Source of the DNA: Candidatus Thiodiazotropha taylori | GTDB taxonomy: Bacteria; Pseudomonadota; Gammaproteobacteria; Chromatiales; Chromatiaceae | DNA length: 64,000 nucleotides | Assembly: GCA_016843265.1 (NCBI GenBank) | Contig: JAEPBJ010000001.1 | Location: 5,052 to 69,051, forward strand | Direction: 5' to 3' | Shown: positions 53,319 to 61,900 of the stretch, one piece after another | Layout: every line of letters begins with the position of its first letter | Position numbering within the stretch: the first letter of the stretch is position 1 | Notes under the pieces: model-generated | The model's database searches: none | What the model saw: only the letters and a program-made list of their open reading frames with translations | What the model was told of the DNA's origin: nothing | Translations under genes and position numbers: made by a program

Positions 53319-53434
53319 TTGCAGTTTTCGAGCCAAAATCATAAGCCATTGATATCTAATGAATAGCCCCATTTATAAGTGAATCAGCAGAATCTGTAAT
53401 GCGGCATATCACCCATTTATGCGGCATATCACAC
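53319..53434 (-). promoter_or_regulatory. sigma54 promoter, IHF site and tandem enhancer of the copper receptor
   Basis: TGGCTCGAAAACTGCA (53320-53335); IHF TATCAATGGCTTA (53342-53354); ATGCGGCATATCAC twice (53399, 53419). Confidence 0.7.
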
Positions 53435-53505
53435 AGTCGATTGCCATACCCGCGCTCAAAGGCCGCTGAGGCATCCGCTTGACAGGATAGTAATCTGAGG
53501 GCCCG

Positions 53506-54735
53506 TTAGGGCGTGGCAAGATAGTCGATCCAGCGCTGAACAAGCTCAGTCTGCTGGGGCTTGTCAGCCAGTTTCAATGCGGATTTGAATGCCGCGAGTG
53601 CAGCGCTTGAGTCAGCCAACCGATGGTGGGTGCTACCCAATAACAACCAGTCTTCGAAAGCCGGTTTGCGGCTCAGTTTGATGCCCAGTTCCAGTTGTTG
53701 CCGAGCCTCCTGCCACTGCTCCTGCTCCATCAGTAGACGCCCCATTCTGAGCTGTGGCTTACCTGACTTGTCGATCTCCGCCAACTGCTTCAGTACCTTG
53801 ATCCCCTGCTCCGGCTCTCTTGCCAGTAACCAGGCATCGACCAACAGGGTCAGGGACTCCTTACCCAGCTTGATATCGCCTCGCTGCATACCATCGCTCA
53901 GCAGTTCCGCCGCATCCAGAGGATTGTTGAGTTGCAGATAGAGTTTGGCCAGTCGAATCAGTCCACTCTCATCGACCAGCTTTCGGGAAGCCGCCAGGGC
54001 AAGTACCGCTACCGCTTTCTGCTCACGGCCCAGCTGCAGCAGTACATCGGACAGCTGCTGCCAATATTGGGCTTTGGCCGGGTATTTGTTCACCAGGATC
54101 TGCAGTACGGGTACGCTCTGTTTGTATTGCCTGGTCTCGAAATAGAGCCCCACCAACATCTGATACCAGGACTCCTGAGGGGAGTCGGACTGCTTGATCG
54201 CCAGTTTCAGGGCAGAGATCGCCTTGCTGTACTTTTTCAGTGCATAGTAATAACTGGCCAGTAACACCCGCGCCTGTGGGGTGGGGTTTTCGGTCTGCTC
54301 AAACCAGCTCTGCAACTGAGCAAGCCCGGCTTTATAGCGCTCTTCCTGATACATCAGTTGCGCCAGGGTGTAGCGTAAATTCAGACTGACCCCGGCTGGT
54401 AACGCCCCCGATTCCAGCGCAAACAGAAAATGATCGATGGCGGAGGGATAGTCCTTCAGGCCGATGCTCAGATAGCCATAAGCCTGACGGGTCAGTGCCG
54501 TCTCATCCGGATTCTGCTTGACCCGCTCCAGTAGCGCATCCAGTTCAATACGGGCACGCTGATACTTTTCATTGCGTATCAGTACATCGATCATGAACAG
54601 ATAGTCGTAGGTGTAGCGCTTCGCATCCGCTGCATCCTTGGGCAGCTCATCGGCCGCAAGCAGGGGTGTGCACAGCGGCACACTCAGGCTAACCCCGAGA
54701 CACCAACACAGCATGACTTGCTTTACAGATCTCAT
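53506..54735 (-). CDS. TPR-repeat periplasmic protein (TtpD-like)
   Basis: Signal peptide; TPRs; ESWYQML...Y; L...YP....YW.QL; last gene of the TonB operon. Confidence 0.8.
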   Translation of the reverse strand: MRSVKQVMLCWCLGVSLSVPLCTPLLAADELPKDAADAKRYTYDYLFMIDVLIRNEKYQRARIELDALLERVKQNPDETALTRQAYGYLSIGLKDYPSAIDHFLFALESGALPAGVSLNLRYTLAQLMYQEERYKAGLAQLQSWFEQTENPTPQARVLLASYYYALKKYSKAISALKLAIKQSDSPQESWYQMLVGLYFETRQYKQSVPVLQILVNKYPAKAQYWQQLSDVLLQLGREQKAVAVLALAASRKLVDESGLIRLAKLYLQLNNPLDAAELLSDGMQRGDIKLGKESLTLLVDAWLLAREPEQGIKVLKQLAEIDKSGKPQLRMGRLLMEQEQWQEARQQLELGIKLSRKPAFEDWLLLGSTHHRLADSSAALAAFKSALKLADKPQQTELVQRWIDYLATP

Positions 54736-55349
54736 CAGTTCAAACGATAGCTAATGGTTTGGGTCGCAACCCTCGAGACCGCCTTGCCATCCACCACTTT
54801 GGGGTGGAACTGCCAGCGGCTGATGGCACGCAGCGCCGATTGCTCAAAATAGCCCACCGGCTCAGCCTCGATGACCTCCGCATCACTCACCGAACCGTCC
54901 GGATTGATGGTGAAGCGCAAAACCACTTTCCCCTCAACATGGCGCATCAGCGCCCGTTGTGGATAGCGGGGTGGGAAACGCATCCGTGGCACAGGCTCTG
55001 CCGCCAGGGTGGTTGGCATTTGCGGCCGGACACCGATATAGGGGCCAGTGCCGATCTGCAGCGGGATATCCAGTTCAGGGATCTGCCACTCTGCAAGCTC
55101 GGGGCGATCCACGGCGAGCGGCTGCAGGGGTGTCTCCGGTACCGCAGGAGGGGGCTCCGGCAGCTCTTCAATCTGCTCAGGCTCCTGCTGCGGAGGCTCC
55201 GGCTCAGATTTCAGGCGGACGAACTCAATGATCTCTGATGAGACCAGTTTATCCACCTGAATCTCCTTTTCACTCACCATCCGATCAAGCAGCAGAAACA
55301 GGGCCAGATTGACGGCCATGGCAATCAGCAAAGCAAGCAGTAAACGCAT
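54735..55349 (-). CDS. tonB: Energy transducer TonB
   Basis: N-terminal TM, Pro-rich linker, P.YP.RA....VEG.V.L.FTI..DG.V, A..AI.RW.F.P. Confidence 0.92.
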   Translation of the reverse strand: MRLLLALLIAMAVNLALFLLLDRMVSEKEIQVDKLVSSEIIEFVRLKSEPEPPQQEPEQIEELPEPPPAVPETPLQPLAVDRPELAEWQIPELDIPLQIGTGPYIGVRPQMPTTLAAEPVPRMRFPPRYPQRALMRHVEGKVVLRFTINPDGSVSDAEVIEAEPVGYFEQSALRAISRWQFHPKVVDGKAVSRVATQTISYRLN

Positions 55350-55759
55350 TACTCCTGATCCTGGGTTGCCGCTATGGAGACACTATCCACGCCGGCAAGA
55401 CGCGATTGGTCCAATACCCGGATCACCACGCCGGTTGGCGCCTCCCGGTCGGCCATGATGACCACAGCACCCTCAGGATTCTCCGCATGCAGACGCTCCA
55501 CATTGGCGCGAACGGCTCTTACGTCGACCCGGCGTTTGTCGATCCACACCTCTCCTTTGTGAGTAACGCCGATCAGAATCGCCGCCTGCTGCTTCATGGT
55601 GGCTGTGGCGGCACTGGGACGATCCACCTCGACACCGGTCTCTTTGACGAAGGATGAGGTCACCATGAAAAAAATCAGCAGGATGAACACCATGTCGATC
55701 AACGGGGTCAGATTGATCGCCAGTTCACCACTCTCCTCGTCGACATGCTGATGGCGCAT
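55349..55759 (-). CDS. exbD: Biopolymer transport protein ExbD
   Basis: INLTPLIDMVFILLIFFMVT. Confidence 0.93.
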   Translation of the reverse strand: MRHQHVDEESGELAINLTPLIDMVFILLIFFMVTSSFVKETGVEVDRPSAATATMKQQAAILIGVTHKGEVWIDKRRVDVRAVRANVERLHAENPEGAVVIMADREAPTGVVIRVLDQSRLAGVDSVSIAATQDQE

Positions 55760-56187
55760 CAGAGACTCTCCTGGGGTGTGGCGTGGTAGCTCAAGCGATG
55801 TTGCAGATCGCTGGAGAAGTAGTAGCCGGAAAGCGAGGCCACCAGTCCAGCCATGGTGGTGATCAAGGCCTGTGAAATCCCACCGGCCATTCCGCGGATA
55901 TTGCCGGAACCATGTTGCGCGATCACATGAAACAGCTCAATCATCGCCTCAATGGTGCCGAGCAACCCAACCATCGGCAGAATCTGTACCAGCGAGATGA
56001 TCAACGGCAACCAGGGCATACAGCGATCACTGACCTGGTCCCCATTGCGCCACCAGATATGCAGGTAGAGGTAGATGATCAGACTCCACATCAGCAGGGA
56101 GAGCAGCAGGATCAACAACAGGATCATACCGCCCCGCTCCAGCAGGCTCAGTGCATCGAGTGGTAACCAGTTCAGCAGGATCTCCAT
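55759..56187 (-). CDS. exbB: Short ExbB (MotA/TolQ/ExbB family)
   Basis: PMVGLLGTI..MI..F; MAGGISQALITT.AGL. Confidence 0.82.
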   Translation of the reverse strand: MEILLNWLPLDALSLLERGGMILLLILLLSLLMWSLIIYLYLHIWWRNGDQVSDRCMPWLPLIISLVQILPMVGLLGTIEAMIELFHVIAQHGSGNIRGMAGGISQALITTMAGLVASLSGYYFSSDLQHRLSYHATPQESL

Positions 56188-56188
56188 C

Positions 56189-57529
56189 TCAGCTTCCGCT
56201 GCGGGCCGCCACCATAGCGGCGCTCTGTTGATCCAGCAGGCGCACTACCCGATTGCTGCGACCGGCCAGATAGCTGTGCAGCAGGACCATCGGGATAGCT
56301 ACGGCCAACCCCAGTTCGGTGGTCACCAAGGCCTGGGAGATGCCCCCTGACATCAACTTCGGATCACCGGTACCAAACAGGGTGATCGACTGAAATGTCT
56401 CGATCATTCCGGTCACCGTACCGAGTAGACCGAGCAGTGGCGCGACGGCGGCAAAGATGGCCAGCAATCGCAACCCTCTTCTGAGTTTCGGCAACTCCCT
56501 GAGGATCGCTTCATCGAAGTGTTTCTGCAGGGCATCCCCTGAGAGAGAGCGATGCTGTCGATCGATCGCGAGCAGTCGCCCGAGGGGGTTGTTGTCCATT
56601 GGCTCTTGCTGATTCAGCTGCCGCTTGACCCGGCGCCCGATCCAGAAAAGCGTGATCAGTCGCTCAATGATGACCAGCGCCCCCAGCGCACCCAGAAAAA
56701 GTATGAAATAGCCGATATATCCGCCTTGCTGGATCCGCTCAGTGAGGGTTGGAGAGGCCACAAGCAGTGACAGGATCGCCCCTCGGGAAGGGTCGATTGC
56801 CAATGTCTGGAGACCACCATCACTTTGCTCCGCCTGCTTGGCAAGCAGCTGGTAACGGGGAGCCGGCTGTCTGCTCAGCTCAACGAAACGGGCGGTTTCC
56901 GGCAGATATCTGAGATAGCGGCCGTTGGATAACGCATTGAACAGCCCCACCACGGTCACCTGCTCCTGTTGCTCCTCGCCACTGGTCAGGATCACCGGCA
57001 GTGATGCCTGCCAGATCTGCCCGGATTGGATAATGCGTTTTAGAAAGATCTCCCACAGATCCTGCAGACGCTCCAGTGAGGGAAGCGAACGGCTGCTGGC
57101 CACCTCTTCAAGGATCACCAGATCCTGCTGATGCTGGGATGAGGTCAGATCATTTTTGAACAGGTTCAAACTCTCTGAAGCCACCTGCCTGACCACGCCA
57201 AACAGCTCTCCGAAACTCCCTGTACTCTGCTGATGGGTCAGCTTGAGTTTTTCAAGCTCCTCCCGTTGCGTGTCAAATTGAGCCAGCAGCTGCTGTTGAC
57301 GCTCTTTTTCCGCCTGCAGCTGTTGTCTGATGGCATCGAGCTCCGACTTTCGCTGCTGATGCTGCTCGAGAAATCGTTTCTCCCTCACCTGATCTCTGTC
57401 TTGTTGTGCCTGACGAGATTTTCTGACCTCCTCCAGCAGGGATTGCAATGGATCCTCAGCAGCCAGCGCAAAGGGTTGCTGTGCGAAAACAGCGATCAGG
57501 AGCGTAACCATGGTAAGCAGTCGATTCAT
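56189..57529 (-). CDS. TtpC-like long ExbB protein (periplasmic domain + MotA/TolQ/ExbB channel)
   Basis: Signal peptide, coiled coil, GELFGVVRQ, DPSRG, APLLGLLGTVTGMIETFQ, GTGDPKLM. Confidence 0.88.
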   Translation of the reverse strand: MNRLLTMVTLLIAVFAQQPFALAAEDPLQSLLEEVRKSRQAQQDRDQVREKRFLEQHQQRKSELDAIRQQLQAEKERQQQLLAQFDTQREELEKLKLTHQQSTGSFGELFGVVRQVASESLNLFKNDLTSSQHQQDLVILEEVASSRSLPSLERLQDLWEIFLKRIIQSGQIWQASLPVILTSGEEQQEQVTVVGLFNALSNGRYLRYLPETARFVELSRQPAPRYQLLAKQAEQSDGGLQTLAIDPSRGAILSLLVASPTLTERIQQGGYIGYFILFLGALGALVIIERLITLFWIGRRVKRQLNQQEPMDNNPLGRLLAIDRQHRSLSGDALQKHFDEAILRELPKLRRGLRLLAIFAAVAPLLGLLGTVTGMIETFQSITLFGTGDPKLMSGGISQALVTTELGLAVAIPMVLLHSYLAGRSNRVVRLLDQQSAAMVAARSGS

Positions 57530-58299
57530 TGGCTGCCCCCCTCGGGTATCCGCATCGGCAGTACCATCAGGTCAGGAGGCAGTTGCTTGCGTGCAATCCG
57601 GATAGAGCGGGTCAACTCCGTCATATGACTCGTATCGAGGCTAATCCAGCGACGACTCTGATTGTCCCACACCCCGCCTGCTTTGCCGTCGAGGGTTTGG
57701 TAAAACAGGGCAACCCGACCGATTCTCAGGAAATCCACCATCTTCTGCTGTTCACCCTCGCTCGCCAGCTGGGCCTGATAGGCCTCGATGTTGCGACCAT
57801 AGTCCGCCTCGATCTGGTAGGCCTCGAGCAGCTGCCGATAGCGCTCGGAAATTTCAATTGAGCGATCCTCATTGGCACTCTGCAGGGAGGCCAACCTGGT
57901 CTCCCGCTCTTCACTTAGAAACGGGCTATCCCTGGCCATCAACTCAGCCAGAGTCTCCAGCATCTGCTGCATCAGCGGATCGAGCTCGCTGCGCATCCGA
58001 TCGATCTCCTGCATCTCAGCGGAAATCCGTTTGATCTCGGCGGACTGACGTTCAACCTGGGATTGCAGATCATCGTTTGCCAGTTTGGTCCTTTGCAGCT
58101 GCTGACTCAGCAGACGATACTCTTCAAGCATCTTGCGGCTTTCATCATCCAGGCGCTCAACACTCTTTTGAGATTTACCGGCCGCTTTTTGACCGGCCAC
58201 TTCCACATCGATGGCTTGTTTAAGTTTTTCCGCTGCAAATCCATCACCCGGTGAAATCAACATACCCAGGGTGACTGCGAATATCGTAAGTATCTTCAT
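57526..58299 (-). CDS. DUF3450 family protein (TtpB-like)
   Basis: Signal peptide from ATG 58299; PF...ER..R; EAYQIE.DYGR; L.IGRVAL.YQTLDG. Confidence 0.85.
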   Translation of the reverse strand: MKILTIFAVTLGMLISPGDGFAAEKLKQAIDVEVAGQKAAGKSQKSVERLDDESRKMLEEYRLLSQQLQRTKLANDDLQSQVERQSAEIKRISAEMQEIDRMRSELDPLMQQMLETLAELMARDSPFLSEERETRLASLQSANEDRSIEISERYRQLLEAYQIEADYGRNIEAYQAQLASEGEQQKMVDFLRIGRVALFYQTLDGKAGGVWDNQSRRWISLDTSHMTELTRSIRIARKQLPPDLMVLPMRIPEGGSQ

Positions 58300-58665
58300 T
58301 ATCATTTTTCTGATTAAACCAGCGCCTAAGCCGCTGACATACTCAGCCGAGCTGTTTCGGCCTCTCCGTTTTATCAATCCAGGAACTCAATCTGTGGTCT
58401 TTGCCGAAGTGTACCTGCAAGATCCAATCCACACCTAATCTCTCATAATATCAGTCTGGCAACCAATTGGATCGGTCCGGGTTAATCCAGCCTATCCATC
58501 TGTAATCTCATGGATTATCCATTGATTGCCAAAATTCTTCAGGTTAAACCCCAACTTACCCAGGTTAACCTGGTAGTCTATTTCTGGAACAATCGCATAC
58601 AATGAGTGTTGCAATCGAGATGACCCCGTGTCGTCAACGATACGAAACCGTGTATATGACAGACC

Positions 58666-60141
58666 ATGCAGGATTTATTGATGGGTATTGACCGCCAGAG
58701 CCTTGCGGCAGAGTTCTTAAACATGCTCCCTACCGATTGCGTCATCTATCGTGAGGAGGAGCTGATCCCCTTCGAGTGTGACGGTCTCTCCGCCTATCGT
58801 AAGGTTCCTCTGATTGTCCTGCTGCCCTACACCACTGAGCAGGTGGAACAGGTACTGAAACACTGTCATGAAAAGCAGATACCGGTGGTGGCCCGCGGTG
58901 CGGGAACCGGTCTCTCCGGTGGCGCCCTACCCCATGAACAGGGGGTACTGCTCAGCCTGGCAAGACTCAACAAGATCATCGAAATCGATCAGGACAACCG
59001 ATTGGCCTGCGTCCAGCCGGGGGTAAGAAACCTGGCGGTGAGTGAGGCGGCCAAAGCCTACGGGCTCTATTATGCCCCAGACCCCTCCTCCCAGATCGCC
59101 TGTTCGATCGGAGGCAATGTGGCGGAAAACGCGGGGGGAGTCCACTGCCTGAAATATGGTCTGACGCTGCATAACGTGTTGCAGGTCACCCTGATCACCA
59201 TTGATGGTGAACGTCTGACGATCGGCGCCAACGGCCTGGATGCTCCGGGCCTCGATCTGCTGACCCTGATCACCGGCTCAGAGGGGATGCTCGGCCTGGT
59301 GGTCGAAGTAGTCGTGAAACTGTTACCGATCCCGGAGCGACAGCAGGTGGCACTGGCCGCTTTTGACGATGTGGAGATCGCTGGCAAGGCGGTTGCGGAG
59401 ATCATCGCCAAGGGGATCCTGCCTGCCGGCCTGGAGATGATGGATAACCTCTCGCTGCGCGCCGCGGAGGATTTTGTCCATGCCGGTTATCCCACGGATG
59501 CCGCTGCCATATTGCTGTGTGAGGTTGATGGCAGTGAGGATGAGGTCTCCGAGGAGATCATGCGAGTGCGTCAGATTCTGCTCGATTCCGGAGCCCGCGA
59601 GGTTCGTACGGCAGAGGATGAGACCGAGCGGATGAGGTTTTGGGCAGGTCGCAAAAACGCCTTTCCAGCGGTTGGCCGGCTGGCGCCGGATTACTACTGC
59701 ATGGATGGCACAATCCCGCGCAACCAACTGGGCAAGGTTTTGACCATGATCGGTGAAATGTCCGAAAAATATGGTTTACCCTGCGCCAATGTGTTTCATG
59801 CGGGTGACGGCAATCTGCATCCATTGATCCTCTACGATGCAAACAATGAGGGTGAGCTGGAGAAAGCCGAGGAGTTTGGCGGCGAGATCCTCGAACTCTG
59901 TGTCGCCGTGGGGGGTACCATAACCGGAGAGCATGGTGTGGGCGTCGAGAAGATCAACCAGATGTGTGCCCAGTTCCCGGACCCTGAACTGGAGACATTT
60001 CATGCGGTGAAGGCGGTTTTCGATCCCCAGAATCTGCTCAATCCAGGTAAAGCGATACCGACCCTGGCCCGCTGTGCGGAATTTGGTGCCATGCACGTCC
60101 ATGCGGGCAAGCTGCGTTTTCCTGATTTGGAGCGTTTCTGA
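58666..60141 (+). CDS. glcD: Glycolate oxidase subunit GlcD
   Basis: ECDGLSAY; RGAGTGLSGGA; APDPSSQIACSIGGNVAEN; HAGDGNLHP; GEHGVG.EK. Confidence 0.93.
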   Translation: MQDLLMGIDRQSLAAEFLNMLPTDCVIYREEELIPFECDGLSAYRKVPLIVLLPYTTEQVEQVLKHCHEKQIPVVARGAGTGLSGGALPHEQGVLLSLARLNKIIEIDQDNRLACVQPGVRNLAVSEAAKAYGLYYAPDPSSQIACSIGGNVAENAGGVHCLKYGLTLHNVLQVTLITIDGERLTIGANGLDAPGLDLLTLITGSEGMLGLVVEVVVKLLPIPERQQVALAAFDDVEIAGKAVAEIIAKGILPAGLEMMDNLSLRAAEDFVHAGYPTDAAAILLCEVDGSEDEVSEEIMRVRQILLDSGAREVRTAEDETERMRFWAGRKNAFPAVGRLAPDYYCMDGTIPRNQLGKVLTMIGEMSEKYGLPCANVFHAGDGNLHPLILYDANNEGELEKAEEFGGEILELCVAVGGTITGEHGVGVEKINQMCAQFPDPELETFHAVKAVFDPQNLLNPGKAIPTLARCAEFGAMHVHAGKLRFPDLERF

Positions 60142-61208
60142 TGTCTGGCGATCAAGATCAATCATCACAACTGCAGGCCAACATCAAAGATGCCATCGCC
60201 GAGGGCAGCAGCCTGCGCTTGATGGGCAGTGGCAGTAAGGATTTCTATGGGCGGGAACTGGGCCAGCAGCGGGTTCTGGATCTCAGCGGTAACCGGGGCA
60301 TTGTCAGTTACGAACCCACCGAACTGGTGATCACCGCCCGTGGAGGAACCCCACTTGATGAGATTGAAGCGGCGCTGGAGGCGAATGGCCAGATGCTGCC
60401 TTTCGAACCACCCCATTTCGATGGCAAGGGTACGATCGGAGGCGCGATCGCGGCCGGTCTGAGCGGTCCCAGACGCCCCTGGGGCGGTTCTCCAAGAGAT
60501 CTTCTTCTCGGTATCAAGCTGTTGGATGGCCAGGGCAGAATCATGAGTTTCGGCGGTCAGGTGATGAAGAATGTTGCCGGCTATGACATTTCCCGCTTGA
60601 TGGCCGGTGCAATGGGCACGCTCGGTATTCTGCTGGAAGTCTCCATCAAGGTACTGCCCAAGCCTGCTGAGGAGCATACGCTGATCATCGATCGGGATCA
60701 GCACAGTGCAACCCGCCTGATTGGGCAGATGATCGCCGAATCACAACCGCTCACCGCCAGTTACAGTCTAGCGGACAAACAGGCGATTCGACTCGCCTGC
60801 AACCATCAACGGCTCGCTGCGATCCGCCAGAAGTACGGTCTGCAGGAGAGCACTGAATCAACCGGTTTCTGGCAGCAGCTAAGAGATCACAAGCACGATT
60901 TCTTCCAACAGCCCAAAACACTCTGGCGACTTTCGTTGAAACCGACCACGCCACTGGAACTGACTGAACCCTACCTGCAAGAGTGGTCCGGTGGATTACG
61001 CTGGCTCTGCAGCGAGCGTCCGGCAACGGAGATCCGATCGCTGGTCGAGACGCAGGGAGGACATGCGGTACAGTTTCGCAATGGCGACCGAAGTGGCGAC
61101 ATCTTCCACCCGCTTCACCCCCGCATCCTGGGGATCCAGCAGGGTTTGAAGGCGGTATTCGATCCGCACGGCCTGTTTAATCCAGGCCGGCACTATTCAG
61201 ACTACTAG
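60141..61208 (+). CDS. glcE: Glycolate oxidase FAD-binding subunit GlcE
   Basis: YEPTELVITAR; FEPPHF; GLSGPRRP; GGQVMKNVAGYD.SRL; FDP.G.FNPGR. Confidence 0.93.
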   Translation: MSGDQDQSSQLQANIKDAIAEGSSLRLMGSGSKDFYGRELGQQRVLDLSGNRGIVSYEPTELVITARGGTPLDEIEAALEANGQMLPFEPPHFDGKGTIGGAIAAGLSGPRRPWGGSPRDLLLGIKLLDGQGRIMSFGGQVMKNVAGYDISRLMAGAMGTLGILLEVSIKVLPKPAEEHTLIIDRDQHSATRLIGQMIAESQPLTASYSLADKQAIRLACNHQRLAAIRQKYGLQESTESTGFWQQLRDHKHDFFQQPKTLWRLSLKPTTPLELTEPYLQEWSGGLRWLCSERPATEIRSLVETQGGHAVQFRNGDRSGDIFHPLHPRILGIQQGLKAVFDPHGLFNPGRHYSDY

Positions 61209-61229
61209 TGGGCCACCCGCACCTGTTAA

Positions 61230-61685
61230 CTATTGCTTGGGCTTTGCTGCCTGCATGCAGCTTTGCATCTGATCCGGTGACTGACTGGAAGTGAAACAGT
61301 TTTTCAGTGACTGTCCCACCAGAATGGATTGGTCGAGAAACTTCAGCATGTTTTGCTTGTTCTGCTCGTTGAACTCGATCTTTTTCGGTGGTTGTGATTG
61401 AGCCTTGTCTGCGCCTGGCATGGGACCACGGCCCATTTGAGCCTGCATCTCCTTCTCCACAGCGATCATGATCTCGACACATTTTTGAAAGGCCGCCTGA
61501 TCCTTGGCCTGGTTCAGACAGCTCTTGGTCTCCTGCATGGCCGGGATGCTCTTCTCAATCAGCGGCAACATGGCTTTTTTCGACTGGTCAAAATGTTGCT
61601 GAGGATCCATCTGTCCTGCCCCCTGTCCTGGTGGCTGGGCCAGCGCAAGGGTTGGCAGCAATAGTGTCGTTATTAACCATTTCAT
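61230..61685 (-). CDS. Secreted Gln/Met-rich protein with two Cx12C repeats
   Basis: Signal peptide ending ALA; GAGGAG RBS; internal duplication. Confidence 0.78.
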   Translation of the reverse strand: MKWLITTLLLPTLALAQPPGQGAGQMDPQQHFDQSKKAMLPLIEKSIPAMQETKSCLNQAKDQAAFQKCVEIMIAVEKEMQAQMGRGPMPGADKAQSQPPKKIEFNEQNKQNMLKFLDQSILVGQSLKNCFTSSQSPDQMQSCMQAAKPKQ

Positions 61686-61900
61686 GTGATTCTCCTCAGC
61701 TTGATCTTAATAATTATGATGAACCCGTCCCAGGGTTGCTAACCTGAAACCGAGAGGTGCTAGTTTGACACAATAAGGCAATTTTTATCCGTTAATTCGT
61801 TGCTGAAATCCACATCAGTCAAAACCACACGGATATAAGCTGAAATTTCACGGCCAAGTCGTTAGAATTTCGCCCATCAAAATATTCACTGGAGATTTCC

